The notes: generated by a model not told the origin, from the sequence alone. 64,000 nt of DNA from a virus (IMGVR_UViG_3300049846_003387:1932-65931); one strand, 5' to 3'; positions 28,064-39,083 are shown, numbered from the stretch's first letter. Numbers and translations are program-made.

Positions 28064-28580
28064 TAACATCAAACAAAAAGGCTTTGACTCCAAAGCCCAA
28101 ATGCGATATTTACTTTTTTTGGCTCGTAAATATCCCGACAAGTATAAATTCGTATTTGATGTATTGAGAGAACATGGTGTTCCTTCAAAGGAAAAAGAAG
28201 AAAATGCATACTGGGAAGCTCCCTATAAGGTAAGTCCAGATACACCATCGTACAGATATAAAGGTAAGAGAAAGAGCGCTATGAGTATAGAGCAAAAATT
28301 AATGAAAATTGCTGACTTTTTCGACGAATCTGATTCTTCTTCAGCATCAAAAATTAATAAAATTCTACATCGTAGAACTACTATAGATTATGATTTGGCA
28401 CGTACTGTAGCTAATGCGTTTTGGGCAATGTATAAAAACGAGATTAGTAAAGATCCAGAGCAGATGTATCGTTGGTTTTTAAAGCTTCATGCTTTTGAGA
28501 CCTTCAAGCAATTGAACTCTGAAACAAAACAAGAAACTGAAAGAATGTTGAGCGATCGACTCATGGGTAGGCAACTATGA
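28044..28580 (+). CDS. hypothetical protein
   Basis: MKKQAL, LMKIADFFD motifs. Confidence 0.75.
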   Translation: MKKQALNNIKQKGFDSKAQMRYLLFLARKYPDKYKFVFDVLREHGVPSKEKEENAYWEAPYKVSPDTPSYRYKGKRKSAMSIEQKLMKIADFFDESDSSSASKINKILHRRTTIDYDLARTVANAFWAMYKNEISKDPEQMYRWFLKLHAFETFKQLNSETKQETERMLSDRLMGRQL

Positions 28581-30637
28581 ATAAGACGTGGTTAGATAAA
28601 TTTATCAATGATAAGGCAGAGCCTATTGCTAGAACTATTTATGCAAGCTACGTTGAGCATGTAGCTAGGCTTATGGAAGGAAAATCTAATAAGTTCTCTT
28701 CAATAGACGAAGCATTAACAGACTTTGCTACCAGACTTGGCCTCTCTAGTGTTGAGATGGAAATATTGAAAAAGCAAGCAATGACTAAAAACGCCCAAAT
28801 GAATTTGGAGAATTTAGAAGCCGAAGGAATAACCGATCCTAAGGCAATTGAGTTCATGAGCAAATCAAAAGGTAAACATACAAAAGACACATTGTCGCCA
28901 TTTGTATTAAATGAAGGTGATAATGATCATTTACAAAAACTCCTTACAGAAAAAAAACAAAAACTAAAACCCTCTTCAAACATTTCTGAAGACCAAGATA
29001 ATGAACTTTCTACTGCTTTAAATTCCACAGGAAGTTTAGCCATATTGGTTAAATATTCTCAAGATTTAGGAAAAATATTGCCTTTTTCTGGTCCTCCTTC
29101 GAAGGAAAACCTTGACACGCTTCGTAAAGAACTTGGAGTAGCTGGATTTGAAGAAGGGGCAGATGAATCTGGCTTCGATATCGATACTCCTTTTAAAATA
29201 GCTCGTTTTGCTTACAAGTTTACAGATATGAATGGTAAGTTTCCTCAGCCAGGTGCTCCGATCAAAGTGACGGTTTTTGAATTTGGCTTATTTAAAGATA
29301 AGTTGATTCAACTATTAAATGTAGAGTTGCGTAAAAAATTAGCTCAAGAGCTTCCATTTGATGAATGGATTGCTTTTGTTACCAATTTAGTTAAAAGTGA
29401 AGAGATGGGATCAGCTTTAGGATGGGGAATTATACAAAAATTAACTTCTATGAAGCGCCAGCTCTTTGGAGATAAGGATTCCCCTCCCTTTTCTATGGAA
29501 GAAGGTGAAAAAAGAGTATCTCGTTCAATCAAAGAGTTGATTGGATATTTTCCAATCTCGTATCGTAAAGTGATTCTAGAGCTAATGACCAAAGGCGAAT
29601 ATCGTCATCTCTTAGCAAGAGCAAGTGAATCAAGACATGAGAAGATCTTTTCCTCTGGTTATCGCAAGGCAAGTTTTGTCTTGATGCAATCCTTTGCTCC
29701 TTTTAAAACTTTATCTTTTTCTGACTCCAAAGAGCAGAGAATTGAGCTACTAAAAGCTATTATTGAAAGAGCTAAAGCTACTGGTGGTAGTACAAAATAT
29801 TCCTTTGAGGAGTTTAAAACGCTTTTGAGTAGTTTGGGAATTTCTTTTAAAGAGATTCCATCTAAAGATGAGGTACAGAATATCAAAGTTCATAGTAAAA
29901 TTCCATCTTTACAAATTGAAAATATTAAGAATGATGATTATAAGCCTGCTACTTACGAAGGTAATCTCAAATCTCCCGAAGAACAAGAAAAACTACTTAC
30001 TTCATTGCATAATAACCTCACACAAGCAACTCAAAGTCAACTCCCCTTAGCATATGTACCTAAGGATGATGGTAGTGTTGAGCCTGTTTTTCTAGAAGAT
30101 ATGATTAAGGGATACAATAAGGTAGATTTGACTACTCCTCAACTTGAGGGCAAGGATAAAACTCTTAATAATCCTAAAACAGGATTACATCCTTCTTTCG
30201 AGGGAGTTGTAGAACACACTAGACCATCGAAGCCAAGTTCTGATTTTAAATCTACTCCAAAACCCGATTTAGAAAGTCCAATACAGGCTCTTATTGATAA
30301 GATGAAAAAGAAGAAAAGCCAAGCGAGTTACAAATTTGCTAGTAATGAATTGTGGATGGATAGTGCAGGAACAAGCTATTCTTCAGAGCAAGAGGTAATC
30401 AAAGCATTTCAACAAGATGTGCTTAAGGCTCTAGACGAAAAAGAACTTGTAGATCAAGTTGTTAAGGCCCTACTAGGAGATATTTCTAATACGATACTCC
30501 CTGTAAAACAAATAGAGCCATCTTCAAAAGAAAAACTTCCCTTGGCTGCGCACTCACTAGTGCGCCTGAAAAAAGTAGCAGCTCTAATAAAAGATAAAAA
30601 ACTCAAGATCAAATTAAGTAATCTAATTAGAAGGTAA
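28577..30637 (+). CDS. large putative internal head protein
   Basis: 686 aa; C-terminal EKLPLAAHSL module shared with 32426-33655. Confidence 0.8.
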   Translation: MNKTWLDKFINDKAEPIARTIYASYVEHVARLMEGKSNKFSSIDEALTDFATRLGLSSVEMEILKKQAMTKNAQMNLENLEAEGITDPKAIEFMSKSKGKHTKDTLSPFVLNEGDNDHLQKLLTEKKQKLKPSSNISEDQDNELSTALNSTGSLAILVKYSQDLGKILPFSGPPSKENLDTLRKELGVAGFEEGADESGFDIDTPFKIARFAYKFTDMNGKFPQPGAPIKVTVFEFGLFKDKLIQLLNVELRKKLAQELPFDEWIAFVTNLVKSEEMGSALGWGIIQKLTSMKRQLFGDKDSPPFSMEEGEKRVSRSIKELIGYFPISYRKVILELMTKGEYRHLLARASESRHEKIFSSGYRKASFVLMQSFAPFKTLSFSDSKEQRIELLKAIIERAKATGGSTKYSFEEFKTLLSSLGISFKEIPSKDEVQNIKVHSKIPSLQIENIKNDDYKPATYEGNLKSPEEQEKLLTSLHNNLTQATQSQLPLAYVPKDDGSVEPVFLEDMIKGYNKVDLTTPQLEGKDKTLNNPKTGLHPSFEGVVEHTRPSKPSSDFKSTPKPDLESPIQALIDKMKKKKSQASYKFASNELWMDSAGTSYSSEQEVIKAFQQDVLKALDEKELVDQVVKALLGDISNTILPVKQIEPSSKEKLPLAAHSLVRLKKVAALIKDKKLKIKLSNLIRR

Positions 30638-30638
30638 G

Positions 30639-32426
30639 ATGAAGCTAAAACGATTCATTATAAAAAATGCCTCTCGCGCTGAACTTTTAACTTCTCAAGT
30701 TCCTTCTGAAGTTATTCAAACTATTAAGCAACTTGACGATAAAGACGTAAGACGTCTTTTAAAAGATTTTGTACCTTTGGACTTCGTTGCATTGATCCAA
30801 CACCATAATCCAACTGCCTTTCAAAGAGCAATTGTAAGTATGTTAGGTGCGATTCTTTCATCTAACCAATACAAAACTTGGATAGATACTATGGGCATTG
30901 ATAAATTGGACGCTATACAGCAAGCCTATGCTTTAATGCTCAATAAAGATCCTCGCAAAAGAGGAATACTCACTCAGATAGCCTTAGATGGTTCGTCTAG
31001 TCCATCTTTTCAGTATGTACCTAAAGATCAGCCACAAACTAGGCTAGACCTCAAGTCCAGTGTAGCCCCAATTGGCAATGCGAATGCCATTCAGGTTCCT
31101 CACTGCCCTGTCGATCAAAAGATTGGCATAAAACATCCACTTTGGTCATTATCTATTGAGGAGGGAGAAGTGGAGATCGAAGAGGGAGTTGATAAAAATG
31201 GAAGATGTACGCAAGCTGAATCCATTGGTGAAATGTCAGAGGAGGATTTTATTATTCTTGAGCAAAATCAAGACGCTCTTACTAGAGCTCAAGAGCAACA
31301 AATAAAGTCAGGCCAACGTGAGTTGGTATATGTCGAGGGAGAAGCCTTTCTACGATGCACTTTTCACGCTAAATTAAATAGGTTTCAATCCTTCCTTCAC
31401 TCAAGAGCACTTGCTACAGTAAGTAGTCTAATAGATGCCTACCGCAAAGAAAGAGGAATTACCATCACCTCTAAGCAGTTTCAGGAACTTAATGCTTTAC
31501 AACAAAAAGAAAGAGATGGGACTTTAAATGAAGAAGAAGCTTTGCGATTGAAAAATCTAAAAGATTTGATTAGCAAAAAATCTTCAGAATCATTTAAATC
31601 TACTAGTCTTGATCAATTCAAGGGGGATGATGACGAGACTAGTTTGCACGAAACTGTAGGAGAAAATATAGATGTAGACGATCAATCTGCAAGAGAAGCC
31701 TTGTTTGAGTTAGAGAGAGCTCTTCCTCAATCTCAATTTGAGACTCTTTTAGAGGTTGTTCATAAAGTACCTTTGAGTGGGGTTCTGATGCTTCTCCAGC
31801 GTGCTCATCAGCTTCCTAATAAGGATCCCAAAAGAGCAGAATTACTAAGCCAAGTCCCCAACGAAACACAGAAAGTAGCTCAAGCATATTTTAACTCTTC
31901 TAGTAGTAAGAGAGTAGTTTCTGAATGTAAAACTTGTCTATCTTCGGTAGAGAGTAGTGAGAGTTGTCCATTTGCTCGCGAAATGAGATTAAATATATAT
32001 GCTACTTATGATACTGTAAATAGCTTAGGTCAATTTTCAAGCAAACTAAAATTATCAGACAAAGCTCAGAAGCATTATGAGCAATCCAATCTCGAACCGA
32101 TCCTAAATCGAGCCTATGCTGGTCTTGAAGTTGAGGAGCCTGACTTAGACATTGATTTTTCCATCTTCAAGGGAGAAGTCGAAGTCGTTCATTCTAAACT
32201 TACCTCAGAAGAACTAAAGAAACAAATCAATCTTGAATTATCCGGAACTCAAAAGAAAGCCTTCGAGGGAACTGATTTAATTCAACAAGAAGAAGAAGTG
32301 AATGAAGAAGAGATAGAGAAAATAGATAAGCTATCCAATTTTCTTCAGAAAATACTACATGAGATCTTCACTCAAGAGTTAGATAAAGAATTAGGAACTT
32401 ACTTAATTCATGCAGGAGCGCAATAG
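30639..32426 (+). CDS. hypothetical protein with sigma-factor-like segments
   Basis: LIDAYRKE and TSLDQFKGDDDETSLHETV; starts MKLKRFIIKNAS. Confidence 0.6.
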   Translation: MKLKRFIIKNASRAELLTSQVPSEVIQTIKQLDDKDVRRLLKDFVPLDFVALIQHHNPTAFQRAIVSMLGAILSSNQYKTWIDTMGIDKLDAIQQAYALMLNKDPRKRGILTQIALDGSSSPSFQYVPKDQPQTRLDLKSSVAPIGNANAIQVPHCPVDQKIGIKHPLWSLSIEEGEVEIEEGVDKNGRCTQAESIGEMSEEDFIILEQNQDALTRAQEQQIKSGQRELVYVEGEAFLRCTFHAKLNRFQSFLHSRALATVSSLIDAYRKERGITITSKQFQELNALQQKERDGTLNEEEALRLKNLKDLISKKSSESFKSTSLDQFKGDDDETSLHETVGENIDVDDQSAREALFELERALPQSQFETLLEVVHKVPLSGVLMLLQRAHQLPNKDPKRAELLSQVPNETQKVAQAYFNSSSSKRVVSECKTCLSSVESSESCPFAREMRLNIYATYDTVNSLGQFSSKLKLSDKAQKHYEQSNLEPILNRAYAGLEVEEPDLDIDFSIFKGEVEVVHSKLTSEELKKQINLELSGTQKKAFEGTDLIQQEEEVNEEEIEKIDKLSNFLQKILHEIFTQELDKELGTYLIHAGAQ

Positions 32427-33655
32427 TGACTAAATTTTCCCGAATGTATGCTAATGTATATATAGATCCCAAGTCTCATAAGCTTGGAATAGCGGTATAT
32501 GCTTATGGAAAAATTCCTGGATTTTCGCGAATGGTTAGATCTCCAGAAGAGCAAGAGGCGATAAGGTTTGCTCTTGAGGAAACTTTCGGAGCAAAAGACG
32601 TAGATACTTCAAAGGCTTTTAATATTTTTCACAACCTAGCACTTGATGATAGCGATAAACCCATGAAGGGAGTTGAGCTTCAGCGTGGTAATATATTTAG
32701 CTATGAAAAATTTAAGGATAGATTAGATATTTTAGGTGGATTCGGCGAATACTTTCAAAATAAAGTAAGTATTTTTGCTGATTTAGATGATCCAATGATG
32801 TGGTTTGGTCTTGAATTAGCCAATACTTCTTCCCGAAGCGAAGCAGCGATTCTCGAAGAGCTTCCACAGCAAGAAAAAATTGCAAGAGGTGAAAAAATTC
32901 GTCAACAACATTTGAAATCTTTAGTGCATTCTGATAATACTACTCAATTTGAAGAAGCTTTAAGGCGCTTATATATCCTTATTTCGCGATCTAGACATTT
33001 TGGAGTAGGTCCAAAAGACTACTCCACCTCTAATCCTGCTCATTCACCTCCTTCTCCTCCTACATTCTTAATAAGTAAGGAAATGGATTTTGTTTTTTAT
33101 CCTGGCTTTAGGGGAGGAATTTCCATGACTCGTCTTCCTACAGATAAGAAGATGATCTTTCCCATATCTAAACCAGGTGTCGATCCCACAACTGAAAAAA
33201 AGTGGGCTAGTATACTAGTTCCCGACATAAGGGCTTACTTGCAAGACATCTCCCTAGAGAAGCCAAGTAGTAGCCTAATTATGGAATTAGATTACGTTAC
33301 TGAGGCAACTGCTCAAACATTCTACAATAGCATCACTGTACCAGAGCCAAGTTATGCGGCTTTTGAGAAAGCTTTAATTCCTACGAGAGCTAAGGCAGTT
33401 GCCCTACTAGAAAGACTAGAAAAAGTTCTTTCAACCCATAGGAAGATAGCATCATCAGGAATGATAGAAACTTGGATAGACTTATCCACAGGACAAATAT
33501 TTAAATCTGAAGAGCAACTTTTAGCTTCCATGCGTTCGAGCTCACAAGAACAACAAGAAAAGCTACCTCTTGCGGCTCATTCTTTGCGTCGTATTGCAAA
33601 TATTTTAATTCGTCACAAACGATTGAGATCTATTTTTAATCTCATGAAGGAGTAA
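32426..33655 (+). CDS. putative internal head protein
   Basis: 409 aa; shared C-terminal EKLPLAAHSL module. Confidence 0.75.
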   Translation: MTKFSRMYANVYIDPKSHKLGIAVYAYGKIPGFSRMVRSPEEQEAIRFALEETFGAKDVDTSKAFNIFHNLALDDSDKPMKGVELQRGNIFSYEKFKDRLDILGGFGEYFQNKVSIFADLDDPMMWFGLELANTSSRSEAAILEELPQQEKIARGEKIRQQHLKSLVHSDNTTQFEEALRRLYILISRSRHFGVGPKDYSTSNPAHSPPSPPTFLISKEMDFVFYPGFRGGISMTRLPTDKKMIFPISKPGVDPTTEKKWASILVPDIRAYLQDISLEKPSSSLIMELDYVTEATAQTFYNSITVPEPSYAAFEKALIPTRAKAVALLERLEKVLSTHRKIASSGMIETWIDLSTGQIFKSEEQLLASMRSSSQEQQEKLPLAAHSLRRIANILIRHKRLRSIFNLMKE

Positions 33656-33656
33656 A

Positions 33657-35615
33657 ATGACTATTTTTAATTTTCCATATGGTGTTGATAGTTTTACTCC
33701 AAATTTACTCAATGATATTACAGTAGTTAATGCAAATCATGTTCTTGATCTTCGAACTAGCATTCTTCTTGTAGAAAATGCAATTATAGGAAGTACTCCG
33801 TTTAATTATGATAATGTTAGCTTGATTCAAGACGGATACAACTTAAAAACAGCCCTCGAAATCTTAGATCAAAATATCGCTGCTCTTCAAGTAGCTTTAG
33901 GATTTACGCTTCTTGACGGATATGCTAGTAGAATTGATGCTTTAGAATTTGGACTTAATTCACATAGAATTGAAAATAGCTGGATAGATTCAGATGGCTA
34001 TAGTGTTCATGGTTTAGTAACTGGCAGCAACGTTGTAGGAACATTAGATGCACAATCTCTACAAAATAAGAGAATAGATTCAGGTCTAGATCCTCTTAGC
34101 TTTGGTCCTAAATTCGTAGCAAGAGCGATTCCAGCTGATATTGGATTCCAACAAGACATGATCCAGGTTCTCGGAGTAGATGGCTATACTCCAGTAGCTA
34201 CTATTAACTATAGAGGTGACGCCTACTTTGCTGGAGATGTGATTGTTGAAGGTTACCAAATATTTAAAGGTCAAGATATCATACAAAATAGCCTTACGGT
34301 TGACGGAAGCACTACTCTTGGTAACAACAGTGCTCTAGATTCAACAACAATCAATGGAAATACTTCGATCGATGGGACTTTATCCATTACAGGTAATTTA
34401 ACACAAACTGGATCTAATGTATCGCTAGGCAATAATACCGGATCATTGAATTTAGATTTTAACCTCACTACAGTTTCACAAGATCTTTATGTTCAAGATG
34501 ATTTTTCCGTAGATGGTGGAGCTACACTTGGAGCACCTGCAGGATTGGTTCCACACTTGATCAGAGGATCGGTATATCATTCAGCAGGCGTATTTCATAG
34601 TACAGGAGAATTTAGAGCTTTAGGTACAAAGTTCAGAGTAGAAGGCAATAATACATATATTGAAACTAACGACGTCTTTTCTACTGCTGATATTCACGTG
34701 GGTGGCTTAACTCATCTTTTTACTTCTGGTAGTATTACATCAGATGGCATATTTTATCAATTTGGAGATGCTGGTTCGTCAAGTACAAATACTTTCCTCA
34801 TTAATGCTCAAACTTCCATTGCTGAAAATTTACAACTTACCGGCAATTTACTCATGCCTTCTAGTACTGCAATAATTAATCAAGTTACTACTTCAAGTTT
34901 AAGTGTTGTAGGACCTCTACAAATTCAAGATGGATCACAAGGAATAATAGGACACGTTTGGACATCTACTGATACTTTAGGAAATGGTTCGTGGCAACCT
35001 CCAAGTACATTCTGGAAGACGGTTATAGTTGATGGATACAATGTACAAGATCTTTCTGGAACAACTCCTCTTACACCAATAGGAGCATTCAACGCTCTTT
35101 CGGACCAAGAACTATTTATTCGAACAGATGCTTACGGTAGCTTCACCATCAATCTACCTTCCAATCCTATCCTTGGTCAAAGAGTTAGATTCATAGACTT
35201 TAACGGCTCCTGGTCTCCAACAAGTAGGGTTTTTGTTTTTCCATCTCATCCTGGCGTTATCAAGACTTTCATCGATGCAGATGTCAATATAGGTACTAAT
35301 GAAATTACAATACCTAATCATGGATTGGTAATTGGGCAACGTGGATTGTTATCGTCGACAGGAACCCTACCTACTCCTTTAAATTTAAGTTCTTATGTTT
35401 ATGTTATAGTTATAAACATAAATACAATACAACTTGCAAGTTCATTAGATGATGCTTTGAGTAATATCCCTATAGATATTACATCAGCGATAGGTGGAGG
35501 TACTCACACCTTCACATCAGGAACTATTATGGGAGGTGGCTTTTTAGAACTTGATGTTCCAGATGCCTGGGTCGAACTAGTATTCAATGGAACAAGTTGG
35601 AGGATAATAGCATGA
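33657..35615 (+). CDS. tail fibre/spike-like structural protein
   Basis: G/T/S/N-rich beta repeats (LTVDGSTTLG); C-terminal INLPSNPILGQRVRFID...VELVFNGTSWRII fibre-type domain. Confidence 0.75.
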   Translation: MTIFNFPYGVDSFTPNLLNDITVVNANHVLDLRTSILLVENAIIGSTPFNYDNVSLIQDGYNLKTALEILDQNIAALQVALGFTLLDGYASRIDALEFGLNSHRIENSWIDSDGYSVHGLVTGSNVVGTLDAQSLQNKRIDSGLDPLSFGPKFVARAIPADIGFQQDMIQVLGVDGYTPVATINYRGDAYFAGDVIVEGYQIFKGQDIIQNSLTVDGSTTLGNNSALDSTTINGNTSIDGTLSITGNLTQTGSNVSLGNNTGSLNLDFNLTTVSQDLYVQDDFSVDGGATLGAPAGLVPHLIRGSVYHSAGVFHSTGEFRALGTKFRVEGNNTYIETNDVFSTADIHVGGLTHLFTSGSITSDGIFYQFGDAGSSSTNTFLINAQTSIAENLQLTGNLLMPSSTAIINQVTTSSLSVVGPLQIQDGSQGIIGHVWTSTDTLGNGSWQPPSTFWKTVIVDGYNVQDLSGTTPLTPIGAFNALSDQELFIRTDAYGSFTINLPSNPILGQRVRFIDFNGSWSPTSRVFVFPSHPGVIKTFIDADVNIGTNEITIPNHGLVIGQRGLLSSTGTLPTPLNLSSYVYVIVININTIQLASSLDDALSNIPIDITSAIGGGTHTFTSGTIMGGGFLELDVPDAWVELVFNGTSWRIIA

Positions 35616-36877
35616 TTAAGTTAAGTAATTTTATTCTTAGCTCCTTTAATCTTCAAACTGCCTATGAACAGAATAATACTATTGTTACTAATCCTTCTGA
35701 AGGAAATATAAACATTTCTGGAACAGAAAAAGTAGTTGTAGATACTGATTTGCAAATTACTTCTGGATCTCCTATAGATGGCTATATTCTTACTACAGAT
35801 GCTCTTGGAAATACTTCTTGGCAACCTGGAGGAGTAGGTAGCGTACAAGGTCCTCTTGTTTCAACAAACAACGCTCTAGTTAGATTTGATGGAACTACAG
35901 GGGAACTCTTGAAAGACAGTTCTTTAGTTTTGAGTGACGCAGGAATCCTCTCAGGTTCAGGAACACTCCAACTAAGCAATGGAAGTGTCTTCCAACCAAC
36001 TTACGCTTTTTCTGCTGCTCCAGCTACAGGGATGTACTTATCTAGTGCCAATCGCCTAATTATTACAGTTAATACACAAAATCGCTTTAACTTCACTCTT
36101 AATGCTCTTGAACTTGTTAATAACGACAGTACTCCAACTGAACTTAGACTCTATGAACCTGTAAGTGGTGGGTTTCACTATACTGGATTTAAAGCTCCTC
36201 TCTTAGATTCAAATGCAATATACACTTTGCCATCCTCTGATGGAGGAGACGGATATCTACTTCAAACCAATGGATTAGGTCAGTTAAGTTGGTCAAACAC
36301 TTGGCAAGATAGTTATCAAGCTCTTCTGATAGAGATTGATCTCACTCAAGGTAGTTTAGGTTCTGCTGTAGCATCAGATGGAGCTTGGTTGGGATTTGTC
36401 GCTCCTAATGTAGAATTACTAGATACTGCTTTAACTTTTACAGATGCATTAGAGCTTCTCGATGATGGTTATCTATCTTTGAAGCAAGAATTTGCAAACT
36501 ATCCTGAAGCTAATTTATCTTCTATTTCGTGGAGTGGAACACCTCCCTCCAGTCTCACCAATGCGGTTTACAGAGCAATCAAGGTCAACAACCAAGTAAC
36601 AGTATGGTTTCGAGCTAGATATTCAGTAGCAGGAACTACTAATACAGCAATTAGTTTTCCACTTCCTCTTAGTCTTCCAACACCCAATTTGTGGAGCTCT
36701 CACGTTACGGGAGATTCTATAACCACTGGTACAGGATGTGTATATCCCAATACTTTTCCTGGATTCAACAATATAGCAGTCATTCTTTCTGATCCAGGAG
36801 GAGAATTCGTACTTGATATTCGAACTGATTCGGTAAATGCAACAGGTTTTGATGTTTGCATAACATACTTCGTCTAA
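35612..36877 (+). CDS. tail fibre-like structural protein
   Basis: GYILTTDALGNTSW, STNNALVRFDGTTG, YTLPSSDG...LQTNGLGQLSW; ATGA-coupled start 35612. Confidence 0.75.
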   Translation: MIKLSNFILSSFNLQTAYEQNNTIVTNPSEGNINISGTEKVVVDTDLQITSGSPIDGYILTTDALGNTSWQPGGVGSVQGPLVSTNNALVRFDGTTGELLKDSSLVLSDAGILSGSGTLQLSNGSVFQPTYAFSAAPATGMYLSSANRLIITVNTQNRFNFTLNALELVNNDSTPTELRLYEPVSGGFHYTGFKAPLLDSNAIYTLPSSDGGDGYLLQTNGLGQLSWSNTWQDSYQALLIEIDLTQGSLGSAVASDGAWLGFVAPNVELLDTALTFTDALELLDDGYLSLKQEFANYPEANLSSISWSGTPPSSLTNAVYRAIKVNNQVTVWFRARYSVAGTTNTAISFPLPLSLPTPNLWSSHVTGDSITTGTGCVYPNTFPGFNNIAVILSDPGGEFVLDIRTDSVNATGFDVCITYFV

Positions 36878-36880
36878 AAA

Positions 36881-36887
36881 TATTGAT
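36881..36887 (+). promoter_or_regulatory. TATTGAT box
   Basis: Intergenic, 35 bp before GTG 36923. Confidence 0.65.
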
Positions 36888-36922
36888 TATTTAAGATAGA
36901 GTAAATATGAGAGGATTTTGCG

Positions 36923-39070
36923 GTGACTACCAACTTTCCAACACAAATTGATTCATTCTCTATCAAGCAACCTCAACAAATCATTGAAAGCGCACACATC
37001 AATGATATTACTGAAGCTATGGTTGCAGTTCAAGTCTTTGCAAAATCTTTAGAAGAGTCCTTGAACAACCATCTTTTACAAGTATCTGCAACCCATTCAG
37101 CTACTTCGATTTCTCTTGACAATATCATAGGTGTTGATTCTACTAATGTTCAAACTGCTTTACAAGATCTAAAAATACAGTTGGATGACGCAATTGCTTT
37201 GATTTTGTCATCTACTTCAGCAAACCTCACTGCCCATATTTCCGATGACATAGCAACTGCCCACCCAAATGGATTATTCCCTATTTCTAGATTAGATACT
37301 GTTGTAGCAACACAAGCTGCATTGCTAGCTCATACGAGTTTAGATACACTTGCTGCTCACGGCATTATAGATTATTCTATTTTAGGTTCTAAAATTACAC
37401 TTGGAACAATTACACAAGCACATCTAAGCTTTGATTTGGCTACTCAAGTTGAATTAGATACTCATGTCGCAACAAACATAGCAACTGCTCATCCAAACGG
37501 TAACCTACCTGGAACAAGAATCGATGACGCATCGATTCCACTAAATAAGCTCGTAGTTGATATAGCTACTCAAGCTGAATTAGATGCACATGCTAGTACA
37601 AGTACTAACGTACATGGTGTAGGATTAAGTAGTCAAGTAGTTGGTACGAAGACCACCCAAACCTTAGAGGGCAAGACAATTTTGTCGGATTTCCAAGGAT
37701 CTAAAATCATCCTTTGGACTCAACAAGTTACCGACGAAGAAAAGCAATACTTTCAGACCACCTCGCCCTCCGCTGATCAATTTGAAATAAGACAAAGAGC
37801 AATAGAAATAGAGAGTGCTAGTTCTGATCTTGGACTTCAAATTGAAGGGTACTATGCCCATACCGTCACTGTAGCTGATACGTCCACATTCTCCAACATA
37901 GTAGGTGATGCATATCAACTTTCCCTATATGATACAGTAGGACTAACTTCCTACACAGCTACAGTTGGACACATTCCTTCATCCACTACTCTCAATATAT
38001 GGTCTTTAGTTGATCTAAGCATAGTATTTGCTGGAACATCTAATTTACTAGTAATCAATGAGAAGAATGCTGTTCCGTTATTCTCGATTAGTCCAACTGG
38101 CTCAGTTTCCACCAAAGAACTACACGTATTAGACAGTGCATTTAACGATATCGAATTTGATGACGACGTTACCATTCAAGGTAATCTCACAGTTACAGAC
38201 GAAACATATCTTCAAGACAATACTTTCATAACAGGAAGTCTATCAGTTAGTGGTCTAATTTCAACTACTTCTCCAATTTCAACTTCTAGTTCGGTCACAG
38301 CCTCCTCTCTATCAATAGGAGGTCCTTCAAACATAACTGGAAGCGTATCAATTGGTAATTCACTTACAGTAACTCAAGATTTGACCTTAGGTGATACTTT
38401 AGATGTTGCAGGAAATTTCTTGCTAGATGGTTATGCAAACATAGGCCAAGATCTTGGTATATCTGGAGGGATAAGCGTTGCAAATTTCGCATCTTTCGGC
38501 AATAGCATGTCGATTGGTGGAGAACTAGATGTCGCTCAAGATGTGGTCCTACTACAAGATCTTGTTGTTGTTGGAGATATCACCAATCAAGGAAGTCTTA
38601 CAGTAGATGGATATACCACAATTAATGATAATATGCTACTAAATGGTGTACTAACTACCACTAGCGATGCATACCTCAATCAAGATGTATACATTAGCGG
38701 TGATCTGTTTGTTACAGGTAGTGTAGATCTTGCTCCAGGAACTGCCACAATTAACAATAACCAGGTAGCTCCAGCGAACGTATCTGGACTTTCCTTTGAT
38801 CCAAGCACTACAAGAGGAGTAGTTATAGATTATTCTATTTATAGATATCATACTTCGCCTACTACAGAGGTAGCTTCTACAGGAACCATAAGATTGATTT
38901 ACAAGGATGTAGCTGCAACTTGGGCAATAGATGAGACCTACGTAGGAGATATAGTAGGTGTAACTTTTACAATCACACCAGCTGGGCAAATACAATATAC
39001 TTCTACCAATCTTGGTGGAACCTTAAATACGTCTATAATGAAATATAGATATAGTAGACTGACAAAATGA
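36923..39070 (+). CDS. tail fibre/spike-like protein with beta-solenoid repeats
   Basis: ATQAELDAH repeats; LxVxG beta-helix repeats; N-terminus similar to 33657. Confidence 0.75.
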   Translation: MTTNFPTQIDSFSIKQPQQIIESAHINDITEAMVAVQVFAKSLEESLNNHLLQVSATHSATSISLDNIIGVDSTNVQTALQDLKIQLDDAIALILSSTSANLTAHISDDIATAHPNGLFPISRLDTVVATQAALLAHTSLDTLAAHGIIDYSILGSKITLGTITQAHLSFDLATQVELDTHVATNIATAHPNGNLPGTRIDDASIPLNKLVVDIATQAELDAHASTSTNVHGVGLSSQVVGTKTTQTLEGKTILSDFQGSKIILWTQQVTDEEKQYFQTTSPSADQFEIRQRAIEIESASSDLGLQIEGYYAHTVTVADTSTFSNIVGDAYQLSLYDTVGLTSYTATVGHIPSSTTLNIWSLVDLSIVFAGTSNLLVINEKNAVPLFSISPTGSVSTKELHVLDSAFNDIEFDDDVTIQGNLTVTDETYLQDNTFITGSLSVSGLISTTSPISTSSSVTASSLSIGGPSNITGSVSIGNSLTVTQDLTLGDTLDVAGNFLLDGYANIGQDLGISGGISVANFASFGNSMSIGGELDVAQDVVLLQDLVVVGDITNQGSLTVDGYTTINDNMLLNGVLTTTSDAYLNQDVYISGDLFVTGSVDLAPGTATINNNQVAPANVSGLSFDPSTTRGVVIDYSIYRYHTSPTTEVASTGTIRLIYKDVAATWAIDETYVGDIVGVTFTITPAGQIQYTSTNLGGTLNTSIMKYRYSRLTK

Positions 39071-39083
39071 TAATAATCATGTA

